64,000 nt of DNA from Chrysomallon squamiferum (Eukaryota; Animalia; Mollusca). Made by a program: the position numbers and the translations under genes. Location of the stretch: the NCBI GenBank assembly GCA_012295275.1, contig CM022672.1, positions 12,772,001 through 12,836,000 on the forward strand, written 5' to 3'. Every line of letters begins with the position of its first letter. Position 1 is the stretch's first letter. The notes under the pieces were generated by a model. That model saw only the letters and a program-made list of their open reading frames with translations. It searched no databases and was not told the origin of the DNA. Of this stretch, positions 55,711-64,000 are shown in pieces.

Positions 55711-56608
55711 TATATGTAAAAATGTTAATTTAAAAAGAAGATATATGTTATTAAATAATAATAATAATAATAATAAAAAAAATGCATTCATTGTTCTCGA
55801 TCAGTATTAATTATGAACCGTTTATAAAATTAGGACTGTATGTGTTGTTTAAAAGCAATTTACAAATCACCATCTTTAAGACTCCCTTATTTTAAATAAA
55901 ATTACAGAATTTCTAAAGTTAGTAGTATGTTTTCTTTCTTTGTTTCGTTCATTGACGGATCAGTACAGAGTAATCGGTCCTGGCAACTGTTCTGCTAATC
56001 GTGATGGCAGTATCGTATCGAATGGGGGTATCCATTGTAAACAAAACTTCTGTAGGAAATTTCGGATACCAAGTTATCTCCCCTTGAAGCTCATTTTTAT
56101 TGCCCACATCATAATTATTATTGTCGATATTGTATAAACATTTTTGTTTATGTGTTTGTTGATAGTTTAGGGTTATCATAGAAAAAGTATCAATCATGTG
56201 TTAATCTATATCTGTTTGCGTATGAGTGTGCACGTGAAATATTTAAATTTATTTTTCTTTTATTTTTCTTAAAGTTACAATATAAAGAAAACTGACTTCA
56301 AAGAGACATTAAATAAATAAATAAATAAGCAAGCAAGTAAGTAAGTAAGTAAATAAATAAATAAACACGATTCCTGATTACCGTAATGACTTTAATGTTT
56401 ATGTATTATAATAACTGTTACCACTAAAATATACTATTACAGCAAACCTTTAATACTATTTTACAGAAATAAACATTTACCCACTAGAGCCTCTTTTAAA
56501 CCGGTCTTTACAGATGTGTTGTGGTACCCTATATGTGTGACGCCTTTGAGATAACAGCTGAAGTTATGAAATTAAGCACAAACACATAATTCAGCATTCG
56601 ATATCATC

Positions 56609-59600
56609 ATGAAGATAGCAATAATAGGAGGAGGGTGTAGTGGTCTAACAGCTATAAAATGTTGCTTGGACGAAAACTTGGAACCAGTTTGTTTCGAGCG
56701 TACGGACGAAATCGGCGGATTATGGAACTACACAGAAAAAGTGAGGGACGGTTTGGGTTGTGTCATGCGGTCGACCATTATAAATACCAGCAAAGAGATG
56801 ATGTGTTACAGTGATTTTCCTATACCCAAAGAGTACCCCAATTTCATGCATAATACAAAGGTGAGCAAGTCGTTGCACTTTGATATCGAGGTGATCGAGG
56901 TGATCGGGGTGGTGGTGAGTGAAACAAACAATCGATCTCAGATTAAAAAAAAAATTATATTATGAAAATGATTAATTTTAGTTTTAATTTTTAAATTTCC
57001 CTATTATTATTATTATTATTATTATTACATAATTATATTTCAAAAAATATTTTTATTTATTGATTGATTCTAATAATTAAATGCAAAGTGTTGCATCCGC
57101 AGTTAATCGTAGACCTTATATTTTTATTGTTTTATATTTTTATATACGAACTGACGTCACAATAAAATACAATACTTCCTATTAGTGTGTGTGGGGAGTG
57201 TTTATGTGTTTTGTGTGAATATATCTAAGATATACTTGGTGATTTTGATGTTAATTAAATTTTAGGTGTGGGAATATTTCAAGCTTTACAAGGAACATTT
57301 TGGACTTGATAAATATATCCAGTTCAACAAACAAGTACTGCTCGTGAAGCCTACGCCTGATTTCGATGAAACCGGTCGATGGGACGTTGAAGTACGAGAT
57401 CACGTAACCAATGACGTAACCAAACACGTTTTTGACGGCGTTCTCGTCTGCACCGGCCATCATGCCGAAAAATATCAACCGAAGTTCGAAGGTCAAGAAG
57501 AGTTTCAAGGGAAGATAATCCACTCTCATGATTACAGAGATAGCAGAGGATACGAAGGAAAAAGGATTGTCGTTATTGGAATTGGTAACTCAGGAGGAGA
57601 TGCAGCAGTTGAACTCAGTAGATATTCCACGGTACGAATCTTTAAACTTTAAAAAAAAAGAGTTATTTGTCAGTTGTTATTTTAGTATGCGAATATAACT
57701 CATTTCTCAATAATGGGTATTTTGAACAAAATAAATGATAATTATTAGATTTATTAAAACGACAATACTTTTGAGTTCGTTTCATAATTTACCTTAAAAA
57801 TATTCGAGAAAGTTATTACTATATTTATCATCATCATGATGATCATTATTTGTTTATTTATTTATTTATTTGTTTGTTTGTTTGTTTGTTTTTTGATTTT
57901 ACTGTATAGTTGTTTTTACTATGCACAGGCACTGACATTTTCTACCGATTTGTTTTATTTATGAAATGTATTTTATATATATATATATATAAATATCTTC
58001 TTCTCTTTATTTAGGTCTTCCTGAGTACGAGACGAGGTAGCTGGGTTTTTAACCGAGTTATCGATGATGGCCTTCCGCTTGATATGATGTTTAATACCCG
58101 AATGTTTGATTTCCTGCAGAAACACTTACCAGAATCGGTTTTGGAATATAGGGTAAGAAGTAAACTCAACTCTCGATTTGACCACAAGCTGTACAGTCTG
58201 CAGCCCGCACACAACGTGAATGCACAACACGTAATGATAAATGACGATCTTCCAAACAGAATTCTGTCCGGAACTCTAATCATCAAAGCAGACGTCAAAA
58301 GGTTCACAAAGACAGGAGTGGAATTCATAGACGGAACGTTCGAGGACAACATCGACTTGGTCATTGTTGCCACGGGATACATATTTGGTTTTCCGTTCAT
58401 AGACAAGTCTGTCATCGACGTGAAGAAGAACAAGATTGAACTGTTCAAGTACATGTTTCCGCCAGACCTCAAGAGACCAACCCTGGCTGTGATTGGATGC
58501 ATCCAGCCACTGGGAGCCATTATGCCGTTGTCTGAACTTCAGTGTCGCTTAGCAACGCGAGTTTTTAAAGTAATGTGCACTAATGATTTTAATCATCATT
58601 ACTTTCTTTCTTTTAAATTTATAAAAACAGACAAAGGATGATTTATTTTTCTAAAAACGTTTAATATGTTTTAAAAGTTTTTGTTTGTTTTCTGAAAAGT
58701 TTACGTTAAATAACTTTTTTTTTTTTTTTTTTTTTTTCAAGCCTTTTAATTACTTTAATAAAAATAGAGTATTTTTATGAAATATAATATTGAGGCTTTT
58801 TAATGTTTTTGACATTTTTGTGTGCAGGTGTAAATTTGATATATTTTAAGGATATGACTGGAATCTTAGGCATGCACTTCTCCCCCCAGCAGCACTATAT
58901 AATAATAATAATAACAATAACAACAACAACAACAACAAAAATAATAATAGTAATAATACTGCTACTAATAGGACTAATAATAACAACAACAAAAACAACA
59001 AGAACAATAACAATAGTAATAGTAATAGAATAATGATAATGATAATGATAACAACAACAACAGTAACAACAACAACAACAATAGTAATAGTAATAATAAA
59101 ATGAGAAAACAGGTTTTGAGTTGTTGTAAATGTTTTATCTACATTATCAATTTGTTTATTTAACAGGGTGATATCGTGCTTCCTGAAAAGGCGATCATGT
59201 GGCAAGACATAAAACACAAAGAAGCTGTCATGGCGAGGCAATTTGTGGCCAGTCAACGCCACACGATTCAAGTGAATTACATCGAATTCATGGATGAACT
59301 GGCAGACATGGTCGGCTGCAAACCAGATATCAGTAAGCAGAGCCGAGTAGTTTATATTCACATTTCATAAAAACAGTGGTTAAAAAATCTGAATTATATT
59401 ATTCACTTCAGATAAAACAATAAGATCAAACAGGATGTATCCGAATAATATCATGAAGAATTTGATTTTGTGATCATCATGAAATTATTAATGTATTATG
59501 CCCACTTTCCCAAAGAAATTTAAAGTCTAGAGACAAACAGCATCAAGTTAAATTAAGCTGAGAAGTGTAATCATTGTATGAAATAACTGTATAACAATAT

Positions 59601-59725
59601 CTTACTAAATATTTTGATGAAAAAAAAAAAAAAAAAAAACCCCACTCCTTTAAACATTTATCAGTATTTTAATTATTGTGAAATGATATAATAAATATCT
59701 CAACAAACATGCTTATCACACACAC

Positions 59726-59780
<55 letters not shown>

Positions 59781-60078
59781 TTATTTTTCTCTCTTTTTTC
59801 TTCTTCTAGTGAAACTGTTTTTAACTGATCCTAAGCTCGCACTGAAATGTTGGTTTGGGCCCTGCGTCCCACCTCAGTACAGACTGACAGGTCCTGGTCA
59901 GTGGTCCGGCGCACGTGAAGCAGTAATGACAGTGTGGGATCGAATGCGGTATCCGTTACAAACGCGACCTCTACCGGAAAGTTTAGAAACCGGGACGAGT
60001 TATCTGCCCACGAAGCTGATTGTGATTGTACTGGTCTTGGCCATTTTGTACATGTTGATTTTCAAATCCTGCTGCTAG
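56609..60078 (+). CDS. FMO: Flavin-containing monooxygenase (FMO5-like), ~535 aa, 5 exons
   Basis: Exons 56609-56860, 57266-57631, 58015-58569, 59167-59332, 59810-60078 join in frame. FAD motif [21 protein letters not shown] motif [16 protein letters not shown] motif GIGNSG, ATGY, C-terminal TM anchor. Confidence 0.96.
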
Positions 60079-60467
60079 TTTCGTTGTCACAAGACAAGTA
60101 ACATCAAACTTGTCTCTTTCAGGACAGACTTTGACCGGCGAGGTGCGGGTCAAAGATTACTGTGATAACGAATGTATTAGTCAAATGAACATATCTGTTA
60201 TTAGAAAATAATTATGATGTCATTTTAAATTGCGGAACTCTTGGTCCTACGTGGTTTCAGTCACGTATTTACACTCGCACACACACACAACATATTCACA
60301 GAAAACGAAAGCACGACAATATACATTAATGTTTGGATGTATTAAATGTATTTGCCGAACCTTCAAATGGACGAATATATCTGTAGCTTTATGACTGTGA
60401 CTTACGATTTAAGCGAGTATCAGTATGTAAATCTTTTTGTCATCATATATATTTGTATTTTGATTAG

Positions 60468-60529
<62 letters not shown>

Positions 60530-60702
60530 AAATTAAAACAAACAAAAATTATAAATAAATAATAAAAACAAATAAACAAACAAGAATCATAAACAGATAA
60601 ATATTTTTTTGAAATGTTAATTATTTTATTCAGGTCTATTTCTGTATTAAAAACTGTACAACGATATTTTATTTTTATTTTTATTTATTTATTTATTAAA
60701 AT

Positions 60703-60743
<41 letters not shown>

Positions 60744-61018
60744 TATTATTATGTTATATTTGCATTATTTTAAAATATATTAATAAACAGATAAACATGG
60801 TTAAATCTGTTTCAATCTTGATAATTTATGGCACGATCCTGGCGATATTACAAGTTACTTCTTGTAAATGACACAGTCAGCAACACGCTATATAATACCG
60901 GTACAGACCATTTATCAGGCAAGCTGGAAACCGGGAGTGACCCGGATCTCTGGAATTTTGGGGCCAAGGTATTATATCCACTTAAGATACAATATAAACA
61001 ATGAAAAATAACCTCAAC

Positions 61019-61053
<35 letters not shown>

Positions 61054-61471
61054 TACACACTAGTTTCAATCAACCGTTATAAACCATAATGAATTTAATT
61101 GTAGCAAAATATTTCGTAAAAACCTCTAAGGACAAGGCGTCGATTTTTATGCGCAAAACAAAATCATTTCCTAAGGAGGTTTTTACGCAAAACGTCACCA
61201 AAGTATTCTTTTCAGTTACGAATAAAAGAATAAATAAATAAATAAATAAATGATGATGATGATAATAAAAAATAAGCAAATTAATAACAATAAAAAGAAG
61301 AAGAAGAAATAACACCGATGATAAACAGTTTCTTTATAGTCTAATTCGCTGGTTTTCCTCTCTTTCTTTGTTGACGTCATTAGTCTGATCGTAAACAATG
61401 ACGTCAGTTTATTGTTTCAGTCGCTCTTTTCTTTGTCTTATGGGGAATAGCGTTACATAACTCAGTTAACC

Positions 61472-61806
61472 ATGACTTCACTTCGTGCGGAAAGTAGTAT
61501 AACAGAAGAATATTCGTTTAAAGAGCATTATTTATCACCACCATCTGAAGTAAGTATTAAACCTATTCATATTTTTCTTTCTTAATTTTTTAATTCACCC
61601 ATAACAAGTCGAATACATTTGTTACATCCAGTTTTTTTTTTTATATATATCTTTCTTTCTCTATTTCTGTTTTTTTTTTTTTTTTTTTTTTTTTACCAAG
61701 GATAGGGTAGGCAAAACATAATTAAATTGTCCCCATTTGTCTAAATAATACCGATTTGTACAACGCAGTCTGTCTGTAGCTATTAGTTTAGGGGATGAGC
61801 AAAAAT

Positions 61807-61858
<52 letters not shown>

Positions 61859-64000
61859 TTAGAACTGTTCGATTTAATTTGATGCGATTCTCACCTTACA
61901 AACTAAATGCGTTTATTTGTTTATTCTTTTTCTATTCTTTAATTATTATTTTAAATTTACAAGAGATGCCATTTCATAACTAACTAACTAACTATCTAAT
62001 TAACTGTGTATCACGTATATATAATTTTAGACAGCTAGAAGGGATGCAAGAAGACAAAGCGTAAGAAAGCTGAAAGAAATCGAAGAAGAAGCATCTGGAA
62101 TTGTTGGCTATTTGTTTCAAATCGCGAAGTTTAGCTTAACTGGAAAATTAGGTGAGAATTATGAGATCAGTGGGTCATTATAAAACTGTAATTTTAATAA
62201 GAGCAGTAAGATCCAGTTGCATGCAGAGGAGAGGGATCGAAGAAGCGGTGGTCCCAGGCATCCAAATGGAGTTGACATCCAATCAGAGAATTTTTAAAAT
62301 AAATTTGGTAGATTTATATGTAAATCGAATAAAGTGTTTAATTTATATTTCATCTGTGCTTTCATATTCAAAATATCTTCCTTTCTCATATTTCTCAGTG
62401 TTTGGGCCTTATACTTGAGTGTTTGGGGCCTACAATAAAGGAGTTGGCCCCGGGCATCACCAGACCTCTGCACGCCACTGGTAAGACCTGTGGACGTTGT
62501 TAAAGTCTGAACTTTACTGAGATGTGGTATGTGCAGGTTTCTATTAAAACTGCTGAAGCTTTAGAGAGGGTGGGGGAAATTCTGTAGATGATGCTAAAAT
62601 TGGAACTTCGATAAGAACAGTGGTGTCTGTCTGTCGTTTCAAAATTGAAACTTTTTTGAGATTAGTGAGATCTGTAGCGGAGTATTGAGATCTGGTTGAT
62701 CGTGTTAACACTGGGAATTTAGTAAGAATAGTTTGGTCTGTAAATCATGTTAAAATTGGAATTACGGTGAGAGTAGCGAGATTTGTGAATGATGTTAAAA
62801 CTGAAACTTTTGTGAGATTAATAGATACGTAGCTGATATAAAAACTGGAAACTGAGTAAGAGTAGTAAGATCTGTAGTAGATGTTAAAACTGGAAATTGA
62901 GTAAGAGTAGTGAGATCGGAAAAGGATGTTAAAACTGGAAACTGAATAAAAGTAGTGAGATCTGAAGAGGATGTTAAAACTGGAAATATAGAGTAAAAGT
63001 AGTGAGATCTGAAGAGGATGTTAAAACTGGAAATTGAGTAAGAGGAGTGAGATCTGTAGATCGTGTTAAAACTGCAGTTTTTTTTTTTTTTGAGATCTGT
63101 AGATGATGTTAAAACTGCAACTTTGGTAAGAATAGTGAGATTTGTATAAACTGGCCAGTTAATCCTAAATAAAGATGGTTTCTATAGAGTACGCTAAAAT
63201 GAATTTTAGGCAGAGCAGTGATATATCTAAATTATATTACAAAGAGAAATTATATCTATAAACAACGTCAAATTAATACCCATTAAAGCAATTTTTTCAT
63301 TCTTATGATTTGTGCATTCTGTTATTGGTATATTTAGTTTGCGGGTCATAACTCAATTTACTGTTAAAGATGGTAGAAGCGTCAGTTTAGTTACAATAAT
63401 ACACGAAACAAAGAAGAAATTACTTTAAAAGGCTGCCTCCGTTGATAGAGCATTATAAGTATGTATTTGTACTTGCAGGTTTAGCTCTAATAGGCATCCT
63501 AACGCTTATAACCGGCATGGCGTTCTCCAAGATTATAGTTGGTAAGACTGAAATCAAATAATCTTGTTTATGTAATTAGTTAACAGTTATTATATACTTG
63601 TCGTCCCTGTATATATTTACATACATATATACACACACACACACACACACTCTCTCTCTCACACACACACACTCATATATATATATATATATATATACAT
63701 ACATTCACAAACACACATAATATATATATAACACAGACATAACAACCATCGTCATGCACACACAAATATGTACACATACATACAAACGTACATATATACA
63801 TACATGCACATTTGCACATACACAAACACATATATTTTTAATTTCTTCTTCTTGTGACATTCAGGACTGTCTACTATACCTTGTATTTCAGGCTGGTTGT
63901 ACATTCACGACTGTCCTATTCAACCTCTGATTCCAGTTTGGCTCATTGTGGGAGCCATTGTGGATGTTCTCACTAACTTCATCTGTCAGCCTCGATATGA
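61472..64000 (+). CDS. TMEM272-like protein, paralog 3 (5' part; runs off window end)
   Basis: Exons 61472-61549, 62031-62151, 63479-63541, 63892->64000 join in frame: ...GLALIGILTLITGMAFSKIIVG|WLYIHDCPIQPLIPVWLIVG... Confidence 0.82.
62214..62480. mobile_element. hAT-like MITE (267 bp)
   Basis: TIRs CAGTTGCATGCAGAGG / CCTCTGCACGCCACTG (14/16 match); 8-bp TSD GTAAGATC (62206-62213) / GTAAGACC (62481-62488). Confidence 0.8.
62490..63150. repeat. Intronic minisatellite, ~41-42-bp unit, roughly 15 degenerate copies
   Basis: Consensus approx. gtgagatctgtagatgatgttaaaactggaaattgagtaagagta. Confidence 0.9.

Noticed and set aside
58011-58520. 169-aa antisense ORF over FMO exon 3 (also 57251-57529)
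   Set aside because: Shadow ORFs of a real coding exon.

Overview
AT-rich, microsatellite-dense animal genomic DNA with spliced genes; it looks molluscan, which is an inference from gene families and recalled repeat motifs, not a database result. All gene models were spliced by hand (GT-AG, phases checked). Left part (1-27.5 kb): two divergent, intact nicotinic-acetylcholine-receptor-like Cys-loop genes (B 6870-11988, A 21885-27472, minus strand) that lack the loop-C vicinal cysteines and most of the aromatic box. A ~12-kb tandem duplication with a junction in a (GA)n tract leaves a 5'-truncated copy of gene A directly behind gene B. One duplicate carries a full-length I-group LINE (gag-like ORF1; APE-RT-RNase H ORF2; 9-bp TSD; (TTCCAA)3 tail) 140 bp upstream of the gene B start codon, and the other shows the empty site. 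The LINE has a long (~830 nt) 3' region with a candidate third ORF and terminal hairpins. Middle: a 12-exon, ~1261-aa putative transcription factor (atypical GATA-like finger, two Cys/HTH-like modules, long Q/S/T-rich tail) lies head-to-head with a TMEM272-like gene. Right: two more, strongly diverged TMEM272-like paralogs flank an intact flavin-containing monooxygenase. MITEs (piggyBac-like, hAT-like), SINE relics and minisatellites are also present. Most short ORFs in the supplied track are microsatellite artefacts.
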